From assembly GCA_963664305.2 (NCBI GenBank), contig CAXXLV010000001.1, forward strand, positions 832,001 through 896,000: DNA of 64,000 bases, given 5' to 3'. The stretch comes from an uncultured Aliarcobacter sp. Its GTDB lineage: Bacteria; Campylobacterota; Campylobacteria; Campylobacterales; Arcobacteraceae. Below the pieces are notes generated by a model. The model ran no database searches. It was given only the letters and a program-made list of their open reading frames with translations, and had not been told where the DNA came from. This document shows, in pieces, positions 30,482-39,313 of this stretch; position 1 is the first letter of the stretch, and every line of letters begins with the position of its first letter. The position numbers and the translations under genes were made by a program.

Positions 30482-30517
30482 AAATCTATAATTCAATTGG
30501 TGTCAAATTGGTGCCTT

Positions 30518-30584
30518 TAAATACCATTTATTAGCTTCATAAAATATAATTAATATTTTAGGAGTAATGACTAAATGGTATTTA
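30518..30584. repeat. long imperfect inverted repeat inside the element's right end
   Basis: TAAATACCATTTA (30518-30530) / TAAATGGTATTTA (30572-30584), inner TAAAATAT/ATATTTTA. Confidence 0.7.
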
Positions 30585-30609
30585 TTAGTTAAGAGTTCGA
30601 TTCCTATAA

Positions 30610-30628
30610 AATCCTACCAGGCGTGCCA
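30610..30628 (+). repeat. att core (distal duplicate of tRNA-Arg 3' end)
   Basis: AATCCTACCAGGCGTGCCA identical to 22798-22816. Confidence 0.92.
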
Positions 30629-31070
30629 TTTTTAAATCTAACACAATCCAAGATAGTCTATAAAATCCCGATAAAATCAAGCTTCTTGTTAAATATTAAT
30701 CTAACTTATGCTAATGTAATCTAATTAAATATAGAAAAAATTAGGGCGTTTGTTAGGGCGTAAGCCAAAAATATTGAAATTATCAAAAATTTATGCCCAG
30801 ATATTTTAATAGAACATTGTAAATACAGAAGTTAAGAGGATATTCAAAAATCTTCAAACTATTTCTATTTATTTTTTTATTTATATTATTCTAAAAAATG
30901 AAAATTTATGAATATTTAATTATTAATTGTAATATTAGATTATTTAATTATTTTTGAATAAATAAGCATTCAAAAATGTATTTAAAAATAATTAGTTTTA
31001 AGTTTTTCTTTAGTGTATCTTGTGTTAGAATATATCCCAAGTTAGAAAAACTCTAATTCAAGGATAATAT

Positions 31071-31619
31071 TTGCCATATCTTGTTTCATCAATAATTGCA
31101 ATTGTTTCAGCTTTAATAATTTTACTTACTAGATATGAAGCTGATGACAGTACAATAACAAGTGAACTTGATAGAATGAAATCTATGTTTATAACAATGG
31201 ATGGATTTGTAAATACTTATATTCAATCTGGTGGAACTTTATCAAGTATAAATTTTGAGGAATTGGATAAAGCGGGTATTTTATTATCAAATATGGAAAT
31301 AACTCCAGTAGCAGATACAAATTCTAGTACTGGTGAAAATAAAACTACAACAAAATTTCCAAATAGTGAAGTGATTTGGCAAATTATACCAAATATAAAT
31401 GACACTAGTTCATATAAACTTTTAGTAGATATGTCAAAAGCTAGTGCATTGATGAGTAAGGCTATTTTCTCAGAAAGTTTCTCAGGTCGAGAATTTTGTG
31501 AAAAGATGCTTTTTGGTACATTTGATCAAAATGGAAGTGCATATGTTGAGGGAACAAAAGATTTTGGAACAACAGGCACAACAAAAGACGGAATTTTTGT
31601 TTGTATAGTTTTTAAGTGA
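31071..31619 (+). CDS. pilin-like protein without class III leader
   Basis: TTG start after AAGGA; N-terminal hydrophobic helix MPYLVSSIIAIVSALIILL, amphipathic helix, C-terminal Cys pair. Confidence 0.6.
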   Translation: MPYLVSSIIAIVSALIILLTRYEADDSTITSELDRMKSMFITMDGFVNTYIQSGGTLSSINFEELDKAGILLSNMEITPVADTNSSTGENKTTTKFPNSEVIWQIIPNINDTSSYKLLVDMSKASALMSKAIFSESFSGREFCEKMLFGTFDQNGSAYVEGTKDFGTTGTTKDGIFVCIVFK

Positions 31620-31700
31620 TTTTTGGTGCAACTAAAATAATAGTTGTTGTATAATAGGGCGGTTGGTAGGTAAACTTAAATTTAATAAAGGGGAAAGAAA

Positions 31701-32399
31701 ATGCCACAGTTGATAGCTATGATTATCGTAGTAGTTGGAGCAATGATTTATATGTTCCAAACATTTGGAGGAACTGGAGATAAAATCGAAGGTATTGCAC
31801 AAAAAACAAGTATTATTACTGAAATTAATAATATAAAAGATGGGGTTAAAATCGCAGCTAAATCAGAGCAAATTGCAAGTACAGCATCAGGTGATAAAGT
31901 TAACACTTTAGAGGGATTAGCAGCTCTTTCATATTTTGCAGAACAAATTAATACACAATTAACTGATACAAATAATAATGCAAATAATGCAAATATATAT
32001 AATGCTATTTCATTTGGTGGTGGAGTTGTATCTGCTGCAACAAATACTAGTGATATGCAAATTTCTTTAGTAGCACCAGCTGCAGTTGGTACTGTAAAAA
32101 GAGTACCTGGAATATTTGTAGATTTTTCTAAAGGTGGTTTATCTTCAAATGCTGCATTTTTAGAATCACAAATAGCAAGTGATTTAGCTGCTGTAGCTTA
32201 CATAGATAGAACAGCAACAAGTGCTACAGCAAAAAGTGGAGTAATTAGTTCAACAGGTTCATCTATTGAACAACGAACACCTGCTATTGGTACTGTAGAT
32301 GCTGATGGGAAGCCTGTTGATCCTACAGCTGCTCAATTAGGTGATGGAATGTTCATTCTTTATTTTAAAGATTTTGGTTCAGACGAAGTAGTTCAATAA
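31701..32399 (+). CDS. putative major pilin-like subunit without class III leader
   Basis: MPQLIAMIIVVVGAMIYMFQTFGG plus long amphipathic helix, Ala/Ser/Thr/Gly-rich head; TATAAT at 31650, strong RBS, downstream hairpin. Confidence 0.65.
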   Translation: MPQLIAMIIVVVGAMIYMFQTFGGTGDKIEGIAQKTSIITEINNIKDGVKIAAKSEQIASTASGDKVNTLEGLAALSYFAEQINTQLTDTNNNANNANIYNAISFGGGVVSAATNTSDMQISLVAPAAVGTVKRVPGIFVDFSKGGLSSNAAFLESQIASDLAAVAYIDRTATSATAKSGVISSTGSSIEQRTPAIGTVDADGKPVDPTAAQLGDGMFILYFKDFGSDEVVQ

Positions 32400-32424
32400 T
32401 ATTTAGGCTTTTGCCTAAATATTA
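32397..32424 (+). terminator. perfect 12-bp stem after putative major pilin gene
   Basis: TAATATTTAGGC-TTTT-GCCTAAATATTA followed by T-run. Confidence 0.75.
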
Positions 32425-32501
32425 TATTTTAAAAAACAAAACCTAAGTGCTAAGTATTAGCATTTACTTTTTGTTTTACTCTTAAAAAAGGTTTTTTTCT
32501 A

Positions 32502-33236
32502 ATGTTGGGAAATATATGGCTATCATCGGCACTTATTGTTACAGCTATATTTTCTGCAGGTGCTATGTATAAATCTTATAGTGATATTCAAGAAGCAAAA
32601 CAAATCCAAGAACATTATGAAATAATCTCTGAAATCAAAACTTTATTAGCCAAGCAATACAATAAAAATCCAGATGAAATAACACGTGATGATATTATTG
32701 CCAATTTACCAAAAGGTGAAAACTGGGGAAAAGTTCTTCTTCTTGATAGAAATAAAGATAGCAATCTTTCTAATAAAGAGTTAGTAAATGAAACTGGAAA
32801 TTTTGAGATAAGTGAAGATGAAAAGTTAAAATTACTTGCACTAAAAGCAAAACTAAAAGATGTTATTGATGTAACTTCAATTGAACCAGTTGATAAAAAA
32901 TATACTTTTGAAGTTGGGAAAGTTGAGAAAAATAGAGTATTAAATGATATTGATATTGAAGAAAATTTAACAAAAGCAATACATTTTTTGGCAGATGAAA
33001 TCTTATATAATACAAGTTCAAATAAAGAAACTACATTGAATGCAATTTTAGATGAGTTTACCCCTTATGATAAGCTTTATTTTGATTTTTTAAATAATGG
33101 CGAAACTTCGATTAGCGAACAAACGTTAAAAGATAGGAAAAAAGCTTATTTTAAATCAAGAATAAAAGATAGACTTTATAAAAATGAGAATGCACTTGAA
33201 ACAAGACTTTATAAAGAGTTGAAAGATATATTATGA
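32502..33236 (+). CDS. minor pilin-like / N-terminally anchored protein
   Basis: N-terminal hydrophobic helix followed by amphipathic helix; inside type IV filament cluster. Confidence 0.5.
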   Translation: MLGNIWLSSALIVTAIFSAGAMYKSYSDIQEAKQIQEHYEIISEIKTLLAKQYNKNPDEITRDDIIANLPKGENWGKVLLLDRNKDSNLSNKELVNETGNFEISEDEKLKLLALKAKLKDVIDVTSIEPVDKKYTFEVGKVEKNRVLNDIDIEENLTKAIHFLADEILYNTSSNKETTLNAILDEFTPYDKLYFDFLNNGETSISEQTLKDRKKAYFKSRIKDRLYKNENALETRLYKELKDIL

Positions 33237-33958
33237 AGAAAATTTTATTTATTTTATTTTTATTGATTAACTCATCTTTTGCTTTAGATTTAACTAATTT
33301 TGAAGATAGACAAAGTGCTCTTCAAGATGTAAAAACAATCATCTTATATGAAGAATCAATAGCAAAAGCTTATGAAGAGTATATTTTAACAAACTACAAG
33401 TTTCCAACTCTTGCTGAAATAAAAACATTGATAGGGAATTTAACTTTAGTAAATAATGTAAATTCAAATATAGCTTTGAGTAGTACATTGACAAAAATCT
33501 CTTATGGTTTAAATAGTGATTTAAAAGCTGATACTTCAATAAAAGCTTTATATGAAAGTAATACATATAGAAAAAGAACTTATGTTAGGAATGATGAGGT
33601 AAACTTTATTTTAGAAGATGAATTTGCGAAACATTTATATGATTTAATCAAACAAAATGGTGGCGCAATTCAAGATTGTCCAACGACAGCATTTACAACA
33701 GCTGTAAATTGTAAAGAGAATAATCATATTTATATTAAATTGACAAAAAAACTTGATGGTTTAGAAGTTGTTCCAAATACATATTTGATAGCATATCATG
33801 TTGATAATTTTAAAAATGGACCGATAATTATTACAAACGATACTTCAAAACATATTACTGAAAATGCTTTCGATTCTATACCAAAAGGTGCTTTGTTATA
33901 TGACATTGACGGTGTAAAATATGTAAAAACTTTAGATGGAATAGAGATTTTAAAATGA
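33233..33958 (+). CDS. exported protein with pseudopilin-head-like domain (paralog 1)
   Basis: Sec signal ending SFA; EESIAKAYEEYILTNYKFPT; LYESNTYRKRT. Confidence 0.6.
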   Translation: MKKILFILFLLINSSFALDLTNFEDRQSALQDVKTIILYEESIAKAYEEYILTNYKFPTLAEIKTLIGNLTLVNNVNSNIALSSTLTKISYGLNSDLKADTSIKALYESNTYRKRTYVRNDEVNFILEDEFAKHLYDLIKQNGGAIQDCPTTAFTTAVNCKENNHIYIKLTKKLDGLEVVPNTYLIAYHVDNFKNGPIIITNDTSKHITENAFDSIPKGALLYDIDGVKYVKTLDGIEILK

Positions 33959-34719
33959 TTAGACAATTTATACTTTTGATTACAATTTTAATATCATCTT
34001 TTTCACAAGATACATTAACAGCTCAAAAACAAAATACTTTATATATTCAAGATTTGATTCAAATAGAAGAGAATATCGCAAAAAATTTTGAAAAATATAT
34101 TTTAACTGAATATAAAATTCCAACAATAACAGATTTAATAGATGATAACTATTTAGGAAGTAATTTTTCTGTACTAAATAGAATGGGTGAAAATATTGAT
34201 TTTAAAGATAGTTCAAAATTACAACTAAAATATGCAATTACAAAAGATGAATATAGAAAAACAAGAGATGAAAATCTAGGAATTGAAAATTTTTTAGTTC
34301 AACTTTACAATAGAGATTTATACAGAGATTATACGACAGTTTTTAGTGATGATACTGATGTAAATAATATGTACGTTGAGTTTGAGCTAAAATCCGATGA
34401 AGCAAAAAATATATTTGATTTATTAAAAAATGGAAATAGTATTGCAAAAACTTGTGTTGCATCACTAAAAAGTACTTATTGCAACAATAATGATAGAACA
34501 ATTAGATGGTATAACGCTAGTTCAAATTGGATTGAATATGATAAAAAAGATTTTAATAAAGGGAATATAACAGTTAGTAGTGAAAGTATTTTAACTTCAG
34601 AAACAACAAAACTTTCAAATTTAAAAGTTGGTAGTTATATCTATATAAAAGATAAAACAAAAAATGTAAAAATGATAGATGATTCTTCTGGAAATTTACA
34701 AATTCTAAAGGTGGATTAA
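33955..34719 (+). CDS. exported protein with pseudopilin-head-like domain (paralog 2)
   Basis: Sec signal; EENIAKNFEKYILTEYKIPT...NYLG; LYNRDLYRDYT. Confidence 0.6.
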   Translation: MIRQFILLITILISSFSQDTLTAQKQNTLYIQDLIQIEENIAKNFEKYILTEYKIPTITDLIDDNYLGSNFSVLNRMGENIDFKDSSKLQLKYAITKDEYRKTRDENLGIENFLVQLYNRDLYRDYTTVFSDDTDVNNMYVEFELKSDEAKNIFDLLKNGNSIAKTCVASLKSTYCNNNDRTIRWYNASSNWIEYDKKDFNKGNITVSSESILTSETTKLSNLKVGSYIYIKDKTKNVKMIDDSSGNLQILKVD

Positions 34720-37641
34720 ATCAAAACTCTAATTTTTATAATCATATTTTTTAATTTTGTTTTTGCGTCAAGTGAAAATATATCATTGATGAATAATGTA
34801 AAATCTCTTATTCAAAAAGAGGAATATATATCATTAGCATTAAATAAATATATTTTACAAACAGGAAAAATTCCTAAAAAAAGTGATGATACAATAGATT
34901 GGGATAAATTAGAAGTTAAAGACTATTTAGGAACAAATTTTAATAAAACAAATCCTCTTACTTCAAAAGATATTGTAATAACTTTTGATGATAAAAATAG
35001 TGCATTTATTAAAGGTGCTATCGAAAAAGAGACAGATTATAATGAAGAGTATAATTATCTATATAATTTTTATACGAATAAAGTATTTAGAGTAAATACA
35101 ATTCCTCCAAAAAATATTTCTAAAACAGAGTTGGTAAAAGGTTCCCTTGTTTTATATAACTCTTTACAAAAAGAGATAGTTTCTGTTTTAACAAAAGGAG
35201 ATAATTCTATATTTTTACCTTCTCAAAGTTGTAATTCAGGACAATATTTTTATGAACTAAAAAATGAAAAATTAATCTACAAATATTGTAAAACAGCAAG
35301 CAATTCTATAGAAGTTTATCAAAAGGCACCAGTTTATTTAGATAATTTAGATGATTTAGCATATATAAAAGTGGGAATAGGTGAAAAAGCTTATGTAAAA
35401 GATGGAAATTCTTGGTATGAGTATTATTATGAAGGAAATAATACATGGATACCATCAGGAACAGGAAGAACAACAGGGCAAGTAAATGATGAAATAAGTA
35501 TAGGAGATAGAATTTTATCTTATATTCCTGATGCAAAAGATTTGCTTTTAAGACGTGATGGTGGCTGTATGTTAGCAAATGGTGATATTTTTTGTTGGGG
35601 AAATAATCAATATAAAAAAGCAGGAATACAAAGTTATGGGCAATTAGATAAAACTTTATCTCCTGATTATGTTAATACACCTGTAATGTTAAAAGTTCAA
35701 ATAGAAGATATTAATACAGGAACAGAAACATTAGATTTAATAAATAAAAAATGGTACAACAATCCATATAGAATAAAATTTGAAAAAATGGCAATGAATA
35801 GTAGTAATGTTTGTGCTATTTCACCTTTATTTAATTATTTTGATAAAGTTCAAAAAAAGTTTGGTGGAGATTTATATTGTAATGGACAAATTTCACAAAT
35901 GTATTTTGAAAATATTAGTTCAACTGTAAGTGAAACTTCTATTTTAAGTAAAAATAAATTTTTTGGATGGGGAAAAAGTGATCAGACTGATGATAGTCCT
36001 AAAACTATCAAAATATCTGATGATGGAGGACCAGTTATAGAAGATGGTTCAGGTAATGAATTAATGATTACAAGAGATGAAATCTATTTAACAGATATTG
36101 TAATGGTTGAAGATACAATTGCTGTTTTATCTGATGAAGGAAAAATTTATACAATAGGAAGAAACTATAAAGGTGGATTAGGTATAGGAAGTAGTGATAA
36201 ATTTATTGTTCAGTTAACTCCAGAAGAAGTAAAAAGTAATGGAGCAATATTTAAAAAAATATTTGCATTAAGAGATACTGCGATGTTTGGTGCAATAGAT
36301 AGTAATAACTATTTTTATATTTGGGGTGAAAGACCTAATGGTACAGTTTATTATGAGCCAACACTTGTTAGTAGTTCTTTAAAATTTAATCCAGATGGAA
36401 TTTTTACAAATAGTAAAGATTTTCTTTTAAAGGGAGTTGATAATAACTTTTATAGAACAGTTGGAAATAAAGAACTAAGTCTTGTAAGTGAAATTCCAAG
36501 TAGTGCAGTTAGTGCATCAATCTATGATAATAATTCTCAAGAATTATATGTATATGTAAATGATAGTATGCAGTTATTTGGAAGTAGTGATTTTTTAACT
36601 TGTAAAACAACTACAGCAACAAACTGTACAACAACAGATAATAAAATTTTTACAACTGCTTTGGATGAGTTAAATACTTTTTCAAATAATTTTAATGGAA
36701 AAGATTATGCAAATTTTTCAAATATTTCAATTTATCAATTAGACACTGTTAAATATGAAATTTTTGAAGATTTTGAAGATGGAAAATCAACAGGATGGGA
36801 TGGAAGTTCAGTAAATAAAAGTTCTGGAAAAATTAGGGTAACTTCTGTAAGTGATGATGGTACAGATGAAATACCTGTAACAAAATTTTTAGGTAGTTTT
36901 AATATTGAAGAGGTTGAATATGGAAGTCAACCTCCAATAAATTATACAAATAAACCTTCTTATATAGAAAAAACATTCTCTATAGGGACAAGTTATGCAA
37001 ACAATGAAGTTGAATTGGAATTTGACTTTTATGAGATTGATACTTGGGATTTTGAAAGATTTACTGTAACTTTAAATGATGTAGTTTTTGTTGAAGATGA
37101 TTTTATACATGATAACCATCCTTATCTTTCTGATATAAATGATACTGGAGAATCATTACAAAAAGTTGGTTCTTCAGGAAGTTACAATAACGATAATGAT
37201 GAAAAATATCATTATAAAATAAAAACAAAATTAGATTCTTCTGGAAAATTAAAAGTTAGATTTAGTACAAGAGGTTTAAAAAGTACGGATTATGGTTATA
37301 ATGGTTGGTCTTTCGCTCAATCAAGAGGTGATGAATCATGGGGAATAGATAATGTACATGTGAAAGTAAAAGAGACAAGTAAAACTTTTGTATGTGCAAT
37401 GACAGGAATAGGTAGCCAGTCTCAAATGTATTGTTGGGGAAATGTTGGACGAAGTATACCAATTTTAAGCACATCTTTATATGATGTAAGTAAAATAAAT
37501 ACTATAAATAAGTTATTTATTTCTCAAGAAAGTGATAAGACTTCTCAAATGGCTTTTGATAATTTTAATAACAATGGGAATTTATTTCTAAAATATCCAA
37601 CTTATATCGGGGGATTCGATTATGCATTTTATTTTAAATAA
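34720..37641 (+). CDS. large exported protein: pseudopilin-head-like domain, RCC1-like repeats, inserted beta-sandwich; putative tip adhesin
   Basis: ORF track starts at 34786, but frame is open from ATC 34720 encoding (I/M)KTLIFIIIFFNFVFA; GDIFCWGNN, GKIYTIGRN, QMYCWG repeats. Confidence 0.65.
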   Translation: MKTLIFIIIFFNFVFASSENISLMNNVKSLIQKEEYISLALNKYILQTGKIPKKSDDTIDWDKLEVKDYLGTNFNKTNPLTSKDIVITFDDKNSAFIKGAIEKETDYNEEYNYLYNFYTNKVFRVNTIPPKNISKTELVKGSLVLYNSLQKEIVSVLTKGDNSIFLPSQSCNSGQYFYELKNEKLIYKYCKTASNSIEVYQKAPVYLDNLDDLAYIKVGIGEKAYVKDGNSWYEYYYEGNNTWIPSGTGRTTGQVNDEISIGDRILSYIPDAKDLLLRRDGGCMLANGDIFCWGNNQYKKAGIQSYGQLDKTLSPDYVNTPVMLKVQIEDINTGTETLDLINKKWYNNPYRIKFEKMAMNSSNVCAISPLFNYFDKVQKKFGGDLYCNGQISQMYFENISSTVSETSILSKNKFFGWGKSDQTDDSPKTIKISDDGGPVIEDGSGNELMITRDEIYLTDIVMVEDTIAVLSDEGKIYTIGRNYKGGLGIGSSDKFIVQLTPEEVKSNGAIFKKIFALRDTAMFGAIDSNNYFYIWGERPNGTVYYEPTLVSSSLKFNPDGIFTNSKDFLLKGVDNNFYRTVGNKELSLVSEIPSSAVSASIYDNNSQELYVYVNDSMQLFGSSDFLTCKTTTATNCTTTDNKIFTTALDELNTFSNNFNGKDYANFSNISIYQLDTVKYEIFEDFEDGKSTGWDGSSVNKSSGKIRVTSVSDDGTDEIPVTKFLGSFNIEEVEYGSQPPINYTNKPSYIEKTFSIGTSYANNEVELEFDFYEIDTWDFERFTVTLNDVVFVEDDFIHDNHPYLSDINDTGESLQKVGSSGSYNNDNDEKYHYKIKTKLDSSGKLKVRFSTRGLKSTDYGYNGWSFAQSRGDESWGIDNVHVKVKETSKTFVCAMTGIGSQSQMYCWGNVGRSIPILSTSLYDVSKINTINKLFISQESDKTSQMAFDNFNNNGNLFLKYPTYIGGFDYAFYFK

Positions 37642-37649
37642 GGAATTAT

Positions 37650-39311
37650 ATGTTGAAAGATTTTAAAAATTTATGGTTTTTAGGAACGCTTTTTTTACTA
37701 CTAGGTGGTTGTAGCTCAAAAGATTATCATGAAGAGATGCTTGAGAATACAAAATCTTCTTTAGATAAAGAAAATTACAATGCGATAAAAAAATCATATT
37801 CCGATTCCTTAGTTGATGAAAAAGTAAAAGATAAAGAGTTCATAAGTATTTTAGAAGATAAATCTTTAAGTGATATTTTAAAAGAGATGGAGATTTTAGA
37901 TGGTAATTTTTACTATTTAAAAAGTAGTGATGTTTTAATACCAAAAAGTAGAATTAAAATACATAATATTACAGAGTTAAATCAGTATTTAAATGCTGTT
38001 TTAGATAAAGAATTATTTATTAAGAAAAATGGTTCAATTTATCTTGTAAAACTTTTAAGTACTAGTGAAACAAAAAAACAATCAATAGAACATATTCCTT
38101 TTAAATTAGATGGTCAAATATCAGTTGAAGAGTTAATCAAACTAATTACAACAGAATCAGGCTATGAAGTAAATATTGGAAATTATATAGATAATAAAGA
38201 TGATTTCCAAAATAGTATTATTAGTATTAGTTCAAAAGATTTAAAAGATGCATTAAATTCTTTAGGTCATGCAAAAGATGTATATGTTGACATAGATTAT
38301 GATAAAGAAGTTATAAATATAACAAGATATAAAGATACAGTTATAGAATTAAATATTCCTTTATTAGATATCAAATCTACAAGTCAAACAACTAATCAAG
38401 AATCAACTGGAGAGAGCAAAGTAGAAAACAATTCTCAAATTGTTTTATATGATGAACTTGACAAAATGTTAAAAAATATAATCTCAACAGATAAAATTTC
38501 AACTTATCATATAGATAAAGCTAGTGGATTGATATTTCTAAAATCAACAAAATCAATAGAAAATGCAGTAAGAACTGTAGCAAAAGCTTATGAATCAACA
38601 TTCTCAAAAGAAGCAGTTATTGAGTTTGAAAGAATTGAAATACTTTTAAATAAAAATAGACAATATGGAATTGGAAGTATTTCAGATGATAGACAAACAA
38701 ATGCAGGAACAGGAGTTATAAGAGGAATTGGAGCTGATGGAGCACTTAATTTTACAAGTGATAATGTAACTAGACTTTTAAAAGTTGCAGCAACTGCAAA
38801 CAATGAAATTGGAAAAATATTAAACTACAGTAAAAATATGATTGTTCTAAAAAACAATATTCCAACTGTTCAATCAATCACTGAAAATACAGATTATGTT
38901 GAAAAAATTGAAACTACAATTGATGCAGATACAAATACAAGAACTTCTGATGTTACAGTAAATACTTTGAAAGAAGGAACTTCAATAACAGCAATGGCAA
39001 AAATATCAAGAGATAAAATTTTCTTGAATATCTTACCATCAATTAAAAAATTAATTGAGTTTGGAGAAGTAAGTATTGATGGAACAACTATTAAATTACC
39101 TCAGTACAATGACCAAAGTTATAACATTTCTAGAGAAGTAAGCTTAGGTGAAACTGCAATAGTTGGTTCAATTATTGTTCATGATGATACAAAAAATTAT
39201 CAAGGAGTTTTACCGGTGGAAGGATTTGCAATTGGTGGAACAGATTCAAAATCTTATGTAAGAAGAGAGATTGTTTACGTAGTTACTCTTAGAAATATTA
39301 AAGGCTTTTAA
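37650..39311 (+). CDS. lipoprotein secretin (type II secretion / type IV pilus family)
   Basis: Lipobox LGGC; IDKASGLI; LKNNIPT; EGTSIT; IKLPQ; LGETAIVG; RREIVYVVT. Confidence 0.8.
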   Translation: MLKDFKNLWFLGTLFLLLGGCSSKDYHEEMLENTKSSLDKENYNAIKKSYSDSLVDEKVKDKEFISILEDKSLSDILKEMEILDGNFYYLKSSDVLIPKSRIKIHNITELNQYLNAVLDKELFIKKNGSIYLVKLLSTSETKKQSIEHIPFKLDGQISVEELIKLITTESGYEVNIGNYIDNKDDFQNSIISISSKDLKDALNSLGHAKDVYVDIDYDKEVINITRYKDTVIELNIPLLDIKSTSQTTNQESTGESKVENNSQIVLYDELDKMLKNIISTDKISTYHIDKASGLIFLKSTKSIENAVRTVAKAYESTFSKEAVIEFERIEILLNKNRQYGIGSISDDRQTNAGTGVIRGIGADGALNFTSDNVTRLLKVAATANNEIGKILNYSKNMIVLKNNIPTVQSITENTDYVEKIETTIDADTNTRTSDVTVNTLKEGTSITAMAKISRDKIFLNILPSIKKLIEFGEVSIDGTTIKLPQYNDQSYNISREVSLGETAIVGSIIVHDDTKNYQGVLPVEGFAIGGTDSKSYVRREIVYVVTLRNIKGF

Positions 39312-39313
39312 TA

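Larger units (their letters stand above)
22798..30628. mobile_element. ~7.8 kb tRNA-Arg-integrated element with rolling-circle Rep, FtsK ATPase and TIR cargo
   Basis: 19-bp direct repeat AATCCTACCAGGCGTGCCA at 22798-22816 and 30610-30628; integrase adjacent to the tRNA. Confidence 0.92.

Noticed and set aside
22798..30628. Filamentous prophage (inovirus), suggested by the Rep-SSB order and an FtsK-superfamily ATPase
   Set aside because: No small coat genes or pIII-like gene, and the ATPase has N-terminal TM helices (TcpA/TraB-like) rather than Zot/pI topology; a satellite lifestyle is not excluded
32481..32510. In-frame KKG-FFLML upstream of ORF 32502 looks like a class III prepilin cleavage site
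   Set aside because: No ATG/GTG/TTG between the in-frame TAA at 32451 and ATG 32502; KKG is just the translated AAAAAGG ribosome-binding site, and there is no Glu5
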